This document shows, one piece after another, positions 28,974 through 39,641 of a stretch of DNA of 64,000 bases. A model generated the notes under the pieces. The model was not told the DNA's origin, searched no databases, and saw only the letters and a list, made by a program, of their open reading frames with translations. The stretch is from NCBI GenBank assembly GCA_963665925.1, contig OY762511.1, positions 9,327 through 73,326 of the forward strand, written 5' to 3'. This DNA is from an uncultured Acidaminobacter sp. GTDB taxonomy: Bacteria; Bacillota; Clostridia; Peptostreptococcales; Acidaminobacteraceae. A program made the translations under genes and the position numbers. Position 1 is the first letter of the stretch; each line of letters starts with the position of its first letter.

Positions 28974-30341
28974 CTATGTCTTGTCCTGGTTTTCAGCGCT
29001 AATACACGCCTGCACGAATCCTAGCATCTGATTCTTTTCATTTTCAAGTTCACTATCCATGACCTTACCGAGAAGGACATCGAGCCACCATCCAATTTCC
29101 TTACCCTCTCTTATGCCAAGAGCCATCAGGTCATTTCCGCTAATCATGAGGTCTTTTCTTGAAAACACAGTCTCTGCCTGTTCCAATCGGTCAGTCATTT
29201 CATAAAGCCTCACAAGGGAAGAAGCCCGTTCTGGATAGGCTGTTCCTATTAAGTCTCCCTTCATCAGATCAATCAAATCTCTTAAGGCTTCGAAGCTGCC
29301 CATCTTGACTAGCAAGCGCTTCATGCCTTTTTCGCCAATTTCGACAGGATTGAACATATGAGCTTCTATAAGCTTGCAAACCTCACTGATAAGTCCACCG
29401 CTGCATTTCAGTTCCTTCAGACATACCTGTGCAAGCTCAGCGGAAGCCAGCTCGTGCCCATAATAATGGGCGACACTATCCACGGTTTGCACATCTGGCT
29501 TTCCCACATCATGAAAGAGGGCGGCAAGGCGTAGTGTCAGGCGCTCCGGTACATTTTCAAGAACCGTCAGGCTATGTTCAAGTAGGGTTTTGTTATGATA
29601 GGGATTCTGCTGGTCATAGCCCCGCATTCTCTTTAAAAGCTTATGGAATAGAAAGCTTGCGCCCAAATCATACGCAATCACATTTCGAATGCCATCGGCA
29701 GCCTTGGCGCAGACCAGAATCTTAAACAGCTCATCACGCAGCCGCTCACCACTCACGCTATCGCGACAAAGCGAGACCGCCATCATTTTTTCTGAGAGCA
29801 CTTCGTCTATAGGGGCGCCCAGCTCAGCGGAGAGCCTTACTGCACGAAGGGCCCGTATGGGGTCCTCTGCCAGCATGGCCTCTGGGTACATGGCTGCAAT
29901 GCGTTTTTTATATAAATCTTCAAATCCGCCAAAGGGGTCGACAAGACCCGTGGTTTCGGAAAATGCCATAGCATTTACCGTAAAATCTCTGCAGGCAAGA
30001 TCCGTGTAAATATCTCCACCTGTAACAAGGCCTGCCTCTGTCCTTTTTCTAAATGCGGTGATTTCCAAATCAAAATCTTCAAAAGCCTTCGCATAGGTTC
30101 CAAATCGCCCCAGCTTATAGAGACTGTACCTGGTGGCCAGTCTTTCCAGCGCTTCCTGCGAAGCCCCCACAGCCAGATCATAGTCCTTGGGTTTTCTGTC
30201 CACGATCAGGTCCCGCACAGAACCGCCCACAAGAAATACAGGGTGCCCCTGCGCTTCAACCGCTTCCATGAACAGCTTCACCTCTTCAGGTATATTGCTT
30301 AGAATTTTATCGTGGATATTGTCAGGAAGTCGCACCCTCAT
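28974..30341 (-). CDS. cca: class II tRNA nucleotidyltransferase with HD domain (probably CC-adding)
   Basis: LVGGSVRD...DYD, CRDFTVNAMA, EDPIR, ERLRDE, FHDVGKP; short flexible loop. Confidence 0.85.
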   Translation of the reverse strand: MRVRLPDNIHDKILSNIPEEVKLFMEAVEAQGHPVFLVGGSVRDLIVDRKPKDYDLAVGASQEALERLATRYSLYKLGRFGTYAKAFEDFDLEITAFRKRTEAGLVTGGDIYTDLACRDFTVNAMAFSETTGLVDPFGGFEDLYKKRIAAMYPEAMLAEDPIRALRAVRLSAELGAPIDEVLSEKMMAVSLCRDSVSGERLRDELFKILVCAKAADGIRNVIAYDLGASFLFHKLLKRMRGYDQQNPYHNKTLLEHSLTVLENVPERLTLRLAALFHDVGKPDVQTVDSVAHYYGHELASAELAQVCLKELKCSGGLISEVCKLIEAHMFNPVEIGEKGMKRLLVKMGSFEALRDLIDLMKGDLIGTAYPERASSLVRLYEMTDRLEQAETVFSRKDLMISGNDLMALGIREGKEIGWWLDVLLGKVMDSELENEKNQMLGFVQACISAENQDKT

Positions 30342-30381
30342 CCATCCTTTCACATTACAGCTGCAGACTCTTTCCAGTCTG

Positions 30382-32172
30382 TCAGGACGCACTTTCACGA
30401 AACTGAGAATAGTACATATCTGAATAGAAGCCTTTCATCTCAATCAGGTTGTCATGGGTTCCACGTTCGTGGACCCTGCCATCCTTAATGACTAAAATCT
30501 GATCTGCCTGGCGGATTGTACTCAGCCTGTGGGCAATCACAAAGGATGTTCTTCCCCGCATAAGGTTGAGCAGACCGTCCTGTATATGGCGCTCCGTACG
30601 TGTATCTACGCTGGATGTCGCCTCATCCAGTATGAGGATGTCCGGACTCGCCAAAATCGCTCTGGCAATGGCAATCAGCTGTCTCTGCCCCTGTGATATG
30701 TTGGCACCTTCACTGGAAAGCACCGTATTGTAGCCATCGGGAAGCCTGTGAATGAACTGGTGGGCATTTGCAAGCTTGGCCGCTTCGACAACTTCCTCAT
30801 CGGTCGCACTTAATCTGCCATATCGAATATTCTCAATCACACTGTCCGAAAAGAGATACGTATCCTGAAGAACGATGCCGATTTTTGACCGCAGACCCTG
30901 AACATCGTACTCAGAAATGCTTGCATTGTCTATGCGAATTTCTCCTGAGTCTATGTCATAGAACCGCGTAAGCAGATTGATGATCGTTGTCTTTCCCGCA
31001 CCGGTCGGTCCGACCAGGGCTATGGTCTCGCCAGCTCGCGCACTAAAGGAAACCTCTTTCAGCACTGGCTGACCTTGAATATAGGAAAAATTCACCTCTT
31101 CAAAGGCCACTGCACCCTTCAGCTTGTCCACTTTGATTGCATTGTCCCTGTTTACGATTTCAGGTTTCTCGTCTATGACTTCAAAGACACGTTCAGCCCC
31201 AGCTATGGCACCTTGAATTGTGTTATAAAGTGAAGCAATCTGATTGATCGGTCGGGCAAACTGTCTTGAATAGTTTATGAATGTCACCACAATGCCCACA
31301 GTCGTATAGCCTCTGATAATCATGACACCCCCTACTAGCGCTATAAGAGCGTAGGTGGTATTGTTCATCATGTTCATGAGGGGGCCCATTATAGATGAAA
31401 GCACATCAGCCTTGATTGCGGCTTCCCTGTATACCTTGTTGCGCGACTCGAAGACTTCAATCACCTTTTTCTCCTGACCGTAAGCCTTGACAACCTTCTG
31501 TCCTGAAATTGTCTCTTCTATATGTCCGTTCAAATCGCCCAAACCACGCATTTTTTCCTTGAAGGACTTGCGCGTATGCTTGGCAATAAGCTTGGTCAGC
31601 AGGCTGATCAGCGGGATCATTACAAAGGATATGAGCGAAAGCTGCCAGCTCAGAACCATCATCATCCCCACAACACCAACAATTGTCACACCGCTTGCTA
31701 TAAGCTGTGTCAGACTCTGGTTGAGTGTCGTTGAAATGTTGTCCACATCATTGGTGAGCCTGGAAGTCAGATCTCCATCCGTATTTGTATCAAAGAATTT
31801 GAGGGACAGGGTCTGCATTTTTGAAAACAGATCGGTACGAATTTTTTTGACTGCATCCTGTGCTACGTCGACAGTCAGATAGGTCATGAGCCAGGAAAAA
31901 AGTGCCCCGAGGGCGTTTACGGCAAACATGAGCACAATCATTTTCAAAAAACCATCCAGGTTCTTCACACTCAGATAGGTGTCGATTGCCTTGCCCATAA
32001 AATATGGCGCTATGACATTCATAGCCGATGCGAGAATGACCGAAATGAGTATGACCGCCATGGTGCCCATACGTCCTCGAAGATAACTGACAATACGTTT
32101 CACAGTGGCTTTTGCGTTTTTTGCCTTTGTCGCCTTTTTGGTCATGTGTCCGCGTCTTGGTCCTCCAAACAT
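30382..32172 (-). CDS. heterodimeric ABC exporter subunit B
   Basis: TMD plus NBD; GPTGAGKT, ISQGQRQ, LDEATS, AHRL. Confidence 0.93.
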   Translation of the reverse strand: MFGGPRRGHMTKKATKAKNAKATVKRIVSYLRGRMGTMAVILISVILASAMNVIAPYFMGKAIDTYLSVKNLDGFLKMIVLMFAVNALGALFSWLMTYLTVDVAQDAVKKIRTDLFSKMQTLSLKFFDTNTDGDLTSRLTNDVDNISTTLNQSLTQLIASGVTIVGVVGMMMVLSWQLSLISFVMIPLISLLTKLIAKHTRKSFKEKMRGLGDLNGHIEETISGQKVVKAYGQEKKVIEVFESRNKVYREAAIKADVLSSIMGPLMNMMNNTTYALIALVGGVMIIRGYTTVGIVVTFINYSRQFARPINQIASLYNTIQGAIAGAERVFEVIDEKPEIVNRDNAIKVDKLKGAVAFEEVNFSYIQGQPVLKEVSFSARAGETIALVGPTGAGKTTIINLLTRFYDIDSGEIRIDNASISEYDVQGLRSKIGIVLQDTYLFSDSVIENIRYGRLSATDEEVVEAAKLANAHQFIHRLPDGYNTVLSSEGANISQGQRQLIAIARAILASPDILILDEATSSVDTRTERHIQDGLLNLMRGRTSFVIAHRLSTIRQADQILVIKDGRVHERGTHDNLIEMKGFYSDMYYSQFRESAS

Positions 32173-33899
32173 TATGCGCTGACCTCCTCTCCCAGCTGAG
32201 ATCTGTATATGTCCATATATACCGGATTTTCCCTCAGCAGGTCACTGTGCTTTCCTTCACCAACGATGCGTCCGTCATCGAGAACGATTATTCTGTCTGC
32301 ATCCAGTACCGAGCTGATTCTCTGGGCAACAAGAATAACAGTCGTATTCTCATATTCCTCTTTGAGCGCATTTTGAATAAGCACCTCTGTCTGAACATCG
32401 ACTGCACTCGTAGAGTCGTCCAGTATGAGTATTTTCGGCTCATGGGCCAAAGCACGGGCTATAGAAACACGCTGCTTTTGGCCACCGGAGAGATTCACCC
32501 CGCGCTGTCCGATTTCGGTTTCAAGACCATCTGCCTTGTCGTCAATAATCATGCGCGCCTGTGCCATGTCTGCAGCTCTAAGAATCATGCTTTCTTTCAT
32601 TTCCGGTTTCCCATATGCGATATTTGACGCAATGGTTCCGGAAAATATCAGGGCACTCTGCTGAACATAGGCTATCGCGCTCCTTAAATGGTTTGTTGGA
32701 ATTTCACGGACATCCCTTCCATCGATGCAGATGCGTCCACCTGTGACATCGTAGAACCTTGGTATGAGCTGAACCAGGGTAGACTTTCCAGAACCTGTAG
32801 CGCCCAGTATGGCAAGGGTCTCTCCCGCATTGACCTTAAAGCTGATGTCTGAGAGCACGGTTTCCTTTGATGTGTCTGAATAGCTGAATGTCACATTTTC
32901 AAACTCTATTTCCCCACGGATTTGCGCTTCCAGGTCCGAATGGGTCTCTTCCAGGGTTGGCTCCATATCGAGTATTTCAATAATCCTTTCCGAGGATGCA
33001 CCCGCACGGGAAATCTGGAAAAAGATCATGCCAATCATCATCAGAGCAAACAAGAGACGTGTGATGTAATTGATGACTGCAACAATTTCACCGATTGTCG
33101 ATGTTCCCGCTACCACATCATAGCCTCCGACCCACAATACACCCACAATGCCGAGATTCAAGGTCAGATGGATTACAGGCATGATAACCGCAAACTTTCG
33201 CATGGCTTCGATCTGAAAATCGCGAAGCTCGACATTCACCTTCTCAAAACGTTTCTTTTCATACTCCTGACGTACAAATGCCTTTACAACCCGTATTCCC
33301 TTGAGGTTTTCAAGCATAACCGAATTTACCTTGTCGACGGTTTTCTGTACACTTTTAAAGAGGTGTCTGGCCCTTGATATGACAACCATGATAATGCACA
33401 TGAGGACAAGTATCATGCCAACGAGAATCAGGCCAAATCTGAAGCTCACATAAAAAGTCAGTATGACAGACCCCACCATCATGAAGGGGGCACGCACCAT
33501 CATTCTGAGCAGCATTCCAAAAAATTGCTGTATCTGTACAACGTCGTTGGTAAGACGGGTTATCAGATGTCCAGTTTCAATACGGTCCAGGTTCATAAAA
33601 CTCAGTGACTGAACCTTTCCATACAGGTCAGACCGAATGTCAGACCCTGCATTCTGAGAGGCCACCGTTGAAAAAAGCCCACTTCCAGCACCCCCTACGA
33701 ATCCAATGAAGGTCAGGCCCAACATGAAAGCCGAATACCTGAGAATCAGGTCAATGTCCTGATTTTTCACACCGATGTCGATTATCTTTTGCATGATGAG
33801 TGGCTGGAAAAGGTCCACGGCAACTTCAATAAACATAAATGCCGGTGCAAGCAGGGCATATTTCCAGTATTTGAACAAATAGTCAAACATGCGCTTCAT
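32172..33899 (-). CDS. heterodimeric ABC exporter subunit A
   Basis: GATGSGKS, LSGGQKQ, degenerate LDDSTS and AQR as in TM287/288-type pairs. Confidence 0.93.
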   Translation of the reverse strand: MKRMFDYLFKYWKYALLAPAFMFIEVAVDLFQPLIMQKIIDIGVKNQDIDLILRYSAFMLGLTFIGFVGGAGSGLFSTVASQNAGSDIRSDLYGKVQSLSFMNLDRIETGHLITRLTNDVVQIQQFFGMLLRMMVRAPFMMVGSVILTFYVSFRFGLILVGMILVLMCIIMVVISRARHLFKSVQKTVDKVNSVMLENLKGIRVVKAFVRQEYEKKRFEKVNVELRDFQIEAMRKFAVIMPVIHLTLNLGIVGVLWVGGYDVVAGTSTIGEIVAVINYITRLLFALMMIGMIFFQISRAGASSERIIEILDMEPTLEETHSDLEAQIRGEIEFENVTFSYSDTSKETVLSDISFKVNAGETLAILGATGSGKSTLVQLIPRFYDVTGGRICIDGRDVREIPTNHLRSAIAYVQQSALIFSGTIASNIAYGKPEMKESMILRAADMAQARMIIDDKADGLETEIGQRGVNLSGGQKQRVSIARALAHEPKILILDDSTSAVDVQTEVLIQNALKEEYENTTVILVAQRISSVLDADRIIVLDDGRIVGEGKHSDLLRENPVYMDIYRSQLGEEVSA

Positions 33900-33907
33900 A
33901 GCATCAC

Positions 33908-34438
33908 CTACTTCTCCTCTTTATCCTTTGCCCGGTGTCCAAAGTGCCTGCTCCTATGCTTATGGCTGTGAAAATGACCATGACCGCCTTCCCTGCTTTG
34001 ATCAAATTTTTCAAATACATCCGATGCGCGGATGTTGTCTCTGACCCGCTCAAGGTAATTGTGGAACATGTCAATTTCCGCCTCGGTCATGCCCTCAAAG
34101 TAGACCTCTGAAACACGTTCTTGAAGTGTTTTCAAGTCTCTGAGCACCTCAAGTCCCTTGTCGGCAATGTATACCCGGGTGATGCGCTTGTCTTCCTCGT
34201 CCTTCTGTGTATAGACAAAGCCGTTCTTCTCCATACGCTCAATCATCTTGGTAATGGTTGGCGCAGCAACCTCAAAACGCTCAGAAAGTTCTTTTTTGGT
34301 CAGTCCGTTCTCCTTGCTGAGCAGGAGGATAACCTTGGGTTGACCGCCGTATAGACCAAGTTCTTCCAGTTTCGTTCTCATATATATCATATTGGAGTGC
34401 ATGACTCTTCTCATGATATCTAAAGTGTCCTTATGCAT
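33908..34438 (-). CDS. MarR family regulator with a His-rich C-tail
   Basis: LTKKELS...TITKMIERMEKNGFV...DKR winged helix; tail GHGHFHSHKHRSRHFGH. Confidence 0.92.
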   Translation of the reverse strand: MHKDTLDIMRRVMHSNMIYMRTKLEELGLYGGQPKVILLLSKENGLTKKELSERFEVAAPTITKMIERMEKNGFVYTQKDEEDKRITRVYIADKGLEVLRDLKTLQERVSEVYFEGMTEAEIDMFHNYLERVRDNIRASDVFEKFDQSREGGHGHFHSHKHRSRHFGHRAKDKEEK

Positions 34439-34454
34439 ATTTTCACCTCACCAC

Positions 34455-34514
34455 ATTACTTAGTTGACTAAGTTAATCATACCCACTTTATATTACTTAG
34501 TCAACTAAGTTAAT
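34455..34514 (-). promoter_or_regulatory. sigmaA promoter overlapped by two palindromic operators
   Basis: TTGACT(34504-34499)-17 nt-TATGAT(34481-34476); ACTTAGT-NN-ACTAAGT at 34458-34473 and 34495-34510. Confidence 0.85.
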
Positions 34515-34566
34515 GAAAAATTTATATTTCCCACCTATTTTCCTAACAACATAGGTGTCCAGACAT

Positions 34567-34616
34567 AAAAACCCCCGGGCAAAAGACGGCATATGCGCCT
34601 TGTCTATCCGGGGGTT
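34567..34616 (-). terminator. terminator of the Mrp-like operon
   Basis: AACCCCCGG...CCGGGGGTT plus TTTAT on the minus strand. Confidence 0.8.
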
Positions 34617-34649
34617 GTGACCTAAATATTTGAATGTAATGACATATTC

Positions 34650-36707
34650 TTAAAGTTTTGAAAAGACCAGCACCACCAACAGACTTACCACCAGCAGGCC
34701 TGCGACTATAAATAGGGCATAGGTTGCCGAAGAAGCCCGCTTATGGGCAATTCGCACAACATCGCTCACCTTTTTATCTGCATAATCCTGAATGTCCTTC
34801 TGCAGCTTCTTTTCTCCAGTCAATTTTGTCTTAAAGGGTTCAAGGTTGAAGCTGAGTTCATCATCGGTCTTGCCAAAAGGCACTTCCATAACAAATTTTG
34901 AAAAATCATAGCTGAACAGCTTGGTGATCTCAGCATTGCCAATCCTGCGGACCGTATGATGCAGGAACATGGCAAGGGCATAGACCCACCTGTCCACAAT
35001 GTGGAAGACGAAGTAGCCTATGGCATAGGTATAGCGGAGAACCGGTATATACAGGTTTTCTTCCAGCTGGAACCAGTGCGTTGTCGGGTTGATGTATATG
35101 CGCTTTTTGCCCATCTTTCGGTAAAGCACATTACGCACGAATACCAGGTAGAGGCTACCGCCGATTGCCAGTGTCTTCAGTGTTGACAGGAACGCATCGA
35201 GTACAAATACATTCGGTATATGATGCGCTACGGTACCGAAGCTATGCATAGCCTGCCCCACCATGTGCAGAACCGGCTGCGGGAAAATGCCGACCAATAT
35301 GATACAACTTCCGATGATAGCCATGGGAAAGAGTGCTCTCGCACTGATCTGGTCCTTATACTGACCGTAGTACTCCGAATTTTCCTCCATGAAGACAGTG
35401 ACAAATATCTTAAGCATATAAGCAACAGTCATGGCAGAGGCCACGTAAAAGACAATTTCTGCAATGGTGAAAAATGCGCTGTGCTCAATATGCGCCGCTT
35501 CAACCAAGGCTTCATGCAATATGGTCTTGCTCACAAACCCGTTGGTTCCGGGAATGCCACTCAGACCGAGCATGCCGATAAAGAACACCGTCTTAAGGAC
35601 ATATTTCTTACGCCCAAAGCCGCGAATGATATTGATGGAAAGTTCATGAAGCACCATGTAGATGATTCCTGCTCCCATAAAGAGCAGCACCTTGAAAAAT
35701 GCATGGTTGAACATGTGGAACAAGGTTCCCATAAGTGCAAGTTCCTTCACTTCCGACCCCAGGCACGCGAGTCCTATACCGAACAGGATGTACCCTGCCT
35801 GACTCATGCTGGAATAGGCCAGAATACGTTTGATATTTCTCTGGAAAAGTGCAAGGAAACCACCCAGTAGCATATTGACCATGGCAAGGCTCATCAGAAC
35901 ATAGCCAATTTTGATATCCGAACCCATGATAACATGCACCGTGATCAGTATTCCAAACAAACCCGTCTTGATTAGAATGCCGGAAAGAATTGCGCTGGCT
36001 GGTGTCGGTGCTGCCGGATGGGCCTGAGGCAACCAGACGTGCAGTGGAAACATTGCAGCCTTTACGCCAAAACCGGTAATCATGAGCCCTGCAATCAGGT
36101 ACTTGATTGAGCCCATTTTTGTTAGCCATACCCCAGCAGCTGTTATGTTGAGCGTACCGGTATAGTCGTATATGAGAAAAATGCCCAGAAGCATGATCAA
36201 TCCGCCTGCAATTGCCATACTAAGATAGGATACACCTGCACGGTGAGCAAATCTGTCCTCATCGTGTATGACAAGAATGTAGGATGTCAGCGACATCATC
36301 TCAAAAAAGGTAAACAGATTCAAAAGGTTCTCTGACAGAAACAGGCCGATTGTAGCTGAAAGTGTCAGCATGTAGAACATATAATATCGGTTTCTGTTTT
36401 CATATCGAATAAGATACTGCGTGCTGTATAGGGTTGTCAGAAACCATACGGCTGCGGTAAACCATATGAATATAAATCGAAGCATGTCCAGCTTCAAATA
36501 AAGACCTGTTCCGAGGACCTCCTCAAATGCAAGGTGCATTGTCTGCTCTGACACGATTGGATACATCATTGTTATCGCAACCAGTTCAAGTCCGGTAATT
36601 GCAATATTGAATACGTCACGGTCCTTCTCGTTGTCTTTTCCGATAATCGATCCGACTACCGCGCCAAAGGCTGGAATCAATACGAGCAGCAATAGTGCTA
36701 TTTCCAT
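34650..36707 (-). CDS. Mrp/NuoL/HyfB-type proton-translocating subunit, long form
   Basis: 685 aa; FFEMMS, GVKAAMFPLHVWLP, SAILSGILIKTG, LAYSSMSQ, GFVSK; C-terminal extension. Confidence 0.85.
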   Translation of the reverse strand: MEIALLLLVLIPAFGAVVGSIIGKDNEKDRDVFNIAITGLELVAITMMYPIVSEQTMHLAFEEVLGTGLYLKLDMLRFIFIWFTAAVWFLTTLYSTQYLIRYENRNRYYMFYMLTLSATIGLFLSENLLNLFTFFEMMSLTSYILVIHDEDRFAHRAGVSYLSMAIAGGLIMLLGIFLIYDYTGTLNITAAGVWLTKMGSIKYLIAGLMITGFGVKAAMFPLHVWLPQAHPAAPTPASAILSGILIKTGLFGILITVHVIMGSDIKIGYVLMSLAMVNMLLGGFLALFQRNIKRILAYSSMSQAGYILFGIGLACLGSEVKELALMGTLFHMFNHAFFKVLLFMGAGIIYMVLHELSINIIRGFGRKKYVLKTVFFIGMLGLSGIPGTNGFVSKTILHEALVEAAHIEHSAFFTIAEIVFYVASAMTVAYMLKIFVTVFMEENSEYYGQYKDQISARALFPMAIIGSCIILVGIFPQPVLHMVGQAMHSFGTVAHHIPNVFVLDAFLSTLKTLAIGGSLYLVFVRNVLYRKMGKKRIYINPTTHWFQLEENLYIPVLRYTYAIGYFVFHIVDRWVYALAMFLHHTVRRIGNAEITKLFSYDFSKFVMEVPFGKTDDELSFNLEPFKTKLTGEKKLQKDIQDYADKKVSDVVRIAHKRASSATYALFIVAGLLVVSLLVVLVFSKL

Positions 36708-36719
36708 AGGTTCACCTCC

Positions 36720-38180
36720 TTAGATAAAAATTTCTTTAAGTGCATATCGAATGTATCCGATGACTGGGTTTGGGAATATTCCCATGAGTATGATAAATCC
36801 TGTGATGATGATGATTGGAATCATCATGCCATTTGGCGGGTCAAGATTTTCCGCATCTGCTATGTCATCTGCAGTACGTGTGAAAAATGCACCCACAACA
36901 ATGGGAAGAAGATAGCCAGCAGTGAGAAAGGCACTGAGCAGAAGGACAAGTATGTTCATGACCTGTCCGGCGCCCATGGCACCCAGTCCAAGAAACCATT
37001 TGCTTACAAAGCCGTTTGAAGGCGGTATGCCAATCAGTGAGATAGAAGCTATAGCAAAACACATCATGGTCTTTGGCATTTTTCTGCCAATGCCGCCAAT
37101 CTCATGAATATACTTTTTACCTGTCATAAATGTAATCGATCCCACACAGAAGAAGAGGACGATTTTAATGATGGCATGATTGATCAGATGGATCATAGCC
37201 CCAAGGAGTGCATCTTCATTAAGCAGTACAATTCCAAGAAGCATATATCCAAGCTGACTAATGGTTGAATAGGCCAGACGTTTTTTCAAGTGAGACTGAT
37301 GCAGTGCCATAAACGACCCGAAAACGACCGTGAGCAAAACCATGGACAGCAGCAGTGCGTCAAGCTCCATAGAGGCTACCAGTTTAGGTCCGAATATGAA
37401 AAACACCATGCGAATCAGTGAGAATATGCCCGATTTTACAACAGCAACAGCGTGAAGCAATGCACTTACGGGCGTTGGTGCTACCATTGCGGCTGGAAGC
37501 CAGCTATGCAGGGGCACCAGAGCCGCCTTGACACCAAAGCCTACGAAAAGTGCTACAAAGGCTCCGGTCAACAGACCTTGCCGCTCATAAGCCATGAGAG
37601 CCGCAATGCCCCCTGGTGTGAATTCCAATGTTTGCACTGCACTGAATAGAATCATCATACCGAAGAGGATCAGTGTTGCCCCAAACAGAGAATAGATAAT
37701 GTATTTTTTCCCGCTTCGCAGAGCTTCCTGTGTTCCAGCATGAATAACCAGCGGAAACGTCGTCAAGGTCAATATTTCATAAAAGGCATACAGGGTAAAC
37801 AGATTCCCAGACAGGGCAATCCCCATTGTAATGCCTTCAGTTATAAGAAAGAAAATGTAGAAGTACCTGACACGGCCTTCGTGCTCCATATAAACACCTG
37901 CATATGCGGAAGCCAATATCCACAGCGTGGATGCCAGTGCCGCAAACACAAAGCCTATATGACCACCCTTCAAGGTCAGATCAATGAACTCGTTGACATG
38001 GAGTATGGATAACTTCACGCCATCAAATCTTGCGATAATATAAAAGACTGACGCCGCAGTCAGCGAAGTCGCAAAGATAGAAAACCGCATTAGCGACTCT
38101 TCTCTTATTAAGTTTTTTTGAGTTGCAAAGACTGACATGACCATTGGTATGAGTATGGGTAATAAGAGAATCCAGTTCAT
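36720..38180 (-). CDS. Mrp antiporter large subunit (MrpA/NuoL-like core)
   Basis: FYEILT, GVKAALVPLHSWLP, SALLHAVAVVKSG, LAYSTISQ. Confidence 0.88.
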   Translation of the reverse strand: MNWILLLPILIPMVMSVFATQKNLIREESLMRFSIFATSLTAASVFYIIARFDGVKLSILHVNEFIDLTLKGGHIGFVFAALASTLWILASAYAGVYMEHEGRVRYFYIFFLITEGITMGIALSGNLFTLYAFYEILTLTTFPLVIHAGTQEALRSGKKYIIYSLFGATLILFGMMILFSAVQTLEFTPGGIAALMAYERQGLLTGAFVALFVGFGVKAALVPLHSWLPAAMVAPTPVSALLHAVAVVKSGIFSLIRMVFFIFGPKLVASMELDALLLSMVLLTVVFGSFMALHQSHLKKRLAYSTISQLGYMLLGIVLLNEDALLGAMIHLINHAIIKIVLFFCVGSITFMTGKKYIHEIGGIGRKMPKTMMCFAIASISLIGIPPSNGFVSKWFLGLGAMGAGQVMNILVLLLSAFLTAGYLLPIVVGAFFTRTADDIADAENLDPPNGMMIPIIIITGFIILMGIFPNPVIGYIRYALKEIFI

Positions 38181-38195
38181 TCATTCCTCCAAAAT

Positions 38196-39641
38196 CTATA
38201 GAGCGCTTTCAATAGCTGTCAAAATATAGCCCGAGCCTATCCCCAGGAACACCAGAAGAAACAGCAATATTCCAAGCGCCTTTTGATTGACTTTGTTGCT
38301 GTTGACCGCAAGCGGCTTTTCATCTGAAAAGAATCCATTGATGGTTACTGGGAAATAATAGGCTGCATTGAGCACAGAACTGATGAGGATAACTGCCAGA
38401 GGTAGAATCTGCCCTGTTTCAATAGTCGCCAGTGCCAAATTCCACTTGCTGATGAAGCCTGGCAGAATCGGAATGCCTACCATGGAGAAGCCACACACTG
38501 TGAAAACGGTCATTTCAAATGGCATCACACGGCCTATTGACTTCAGGCTGGCAAGATCCTTGCGTCCCAGCTTATCTATAAATGCTGTTGCCGTTAGAAA
38601 CAGCAGTGATTTAGTAACCCCATGCCCAAGCATGTGATATACGGAAATAGCCATTCCTGCAGGGGTGCCGAGTCCTATACCGAAGAATACATAGCCCATC
38701 TGTGCAACACTTGAGTAAGCAATCATACGCTTGAGCTTTTTCTGCGAACGTGCAATCAACGATCCGACAATCATGCCTGTCCCACTCATGATAAGCAGAA
38801 TTTTGAGAATTGCTGCCTGATTGATCATTTCGTAGCCATAGACCAGAACACAGATTTTAAGAAAATAGACTGCAGGCGCTTTGATTACCAGACCAGAAAG
38901 AAGTGCGCTGGATGCTCCAGGTGCTGACGTATGCGCATCAGGCAGCCAAATATGCATGGGAAACAAAGCACTCTTAATTCCCGTTCCAGTCATGAACAGA
39001 ACCATACTGATCAAAATCATTTTTGACTTTTCAGAAGATATTTCCACAAGACTTTCATGGATATAGGTCATATCCAGATACCCGGTCAAAGCATACAGAT
39101 AGGCAATGCCCATGAGTACGAGCCCGGAACCCAGGCTGCTGAGTATAAGATATTTTACTGCAGCCTTGATATTATCCGGCTTGTTCTTCACAACAATGAT
39201 TCCACATGCTGCAAGTGTGCTTACCTCAATAAACACAAAACCGTTGAAAAGGTCCCTTGTATAAACTATACCCAGCAGTGAAGCAACCAAAAGGTGGACA
39301 AGAATCAAAAATGTCCGCTGCTGTTTTTCGCCGACTTCTCGGACAAACTGTTCAGAACTGAACCACACTACAAGTGCCGTCACAGTGGTAAACAGCACAC
39401 CTATTGCGATTTCAACAGAGCTGACACGCATGACAATGCCAAACGGCGCCTGTGCGTGCCCCACTTGGATTGCATAGGGTTCCTTTGCAAAATATAGAAA
39501 GGCATGCAGCCAGTTAAATAGGCCTATTAATGAAAAAGCCCCAAGACTGAGTCGCATGGGTTTTTTAGAAAAAGGCAATATGAATGAGATAATCAGTAAT
39601 GCCAGTATCGTTATTAACGGTGCCGCACTCATCAGGTTCAT
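38196..39641 (-). CDS. mnhD: Mrp antiporter subunit D
   Basis: FIEVST, GIKSALFPMHIWLPDAH, SALLSGLVIK, GFISKW. Confidence 0.85.
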   Translation of the reverse strand: MNLMSAAPLITILALLIISFILPFSKKPMRLSLGAFSLIGLFNWLHAFLYFAKEPYAIQVGHAQAPFGIVMRVSSVEIAIGVLFTTVTALVVWFSSEQFVREVGEKQQRTFLILVHLLVASLLGIVYTRDLFNGFVFIEVSTLAACGIIVVKNKPDNIKAAVKYLILSSLGSGLVLMGIAYLYALTGYLDMTYIHESLVEISSEKSKMILISMVLFMTGTGIKSALFPMHIWLPDAHTSAPGASSALLSGLVIKAPAVYFLKICVLVYGYEMINQAAILKILLIMSGTGMIVGSLIARSQKKLKRMIAYSSVAQMGYVFFGIGLGTPAGMAISVYHMLGHGVTKSLLFLTATAFIDKLGRKDLASLKSIGRVMPFEMTVFTVCGFSMVGIPILPGFISKWNLALATIETGQILPLAVILISSVLNAAYYFPVTINGFFSDEKPLAVNSNKVNQKALGILLFLLVFLGIGSGYILTAIESAL

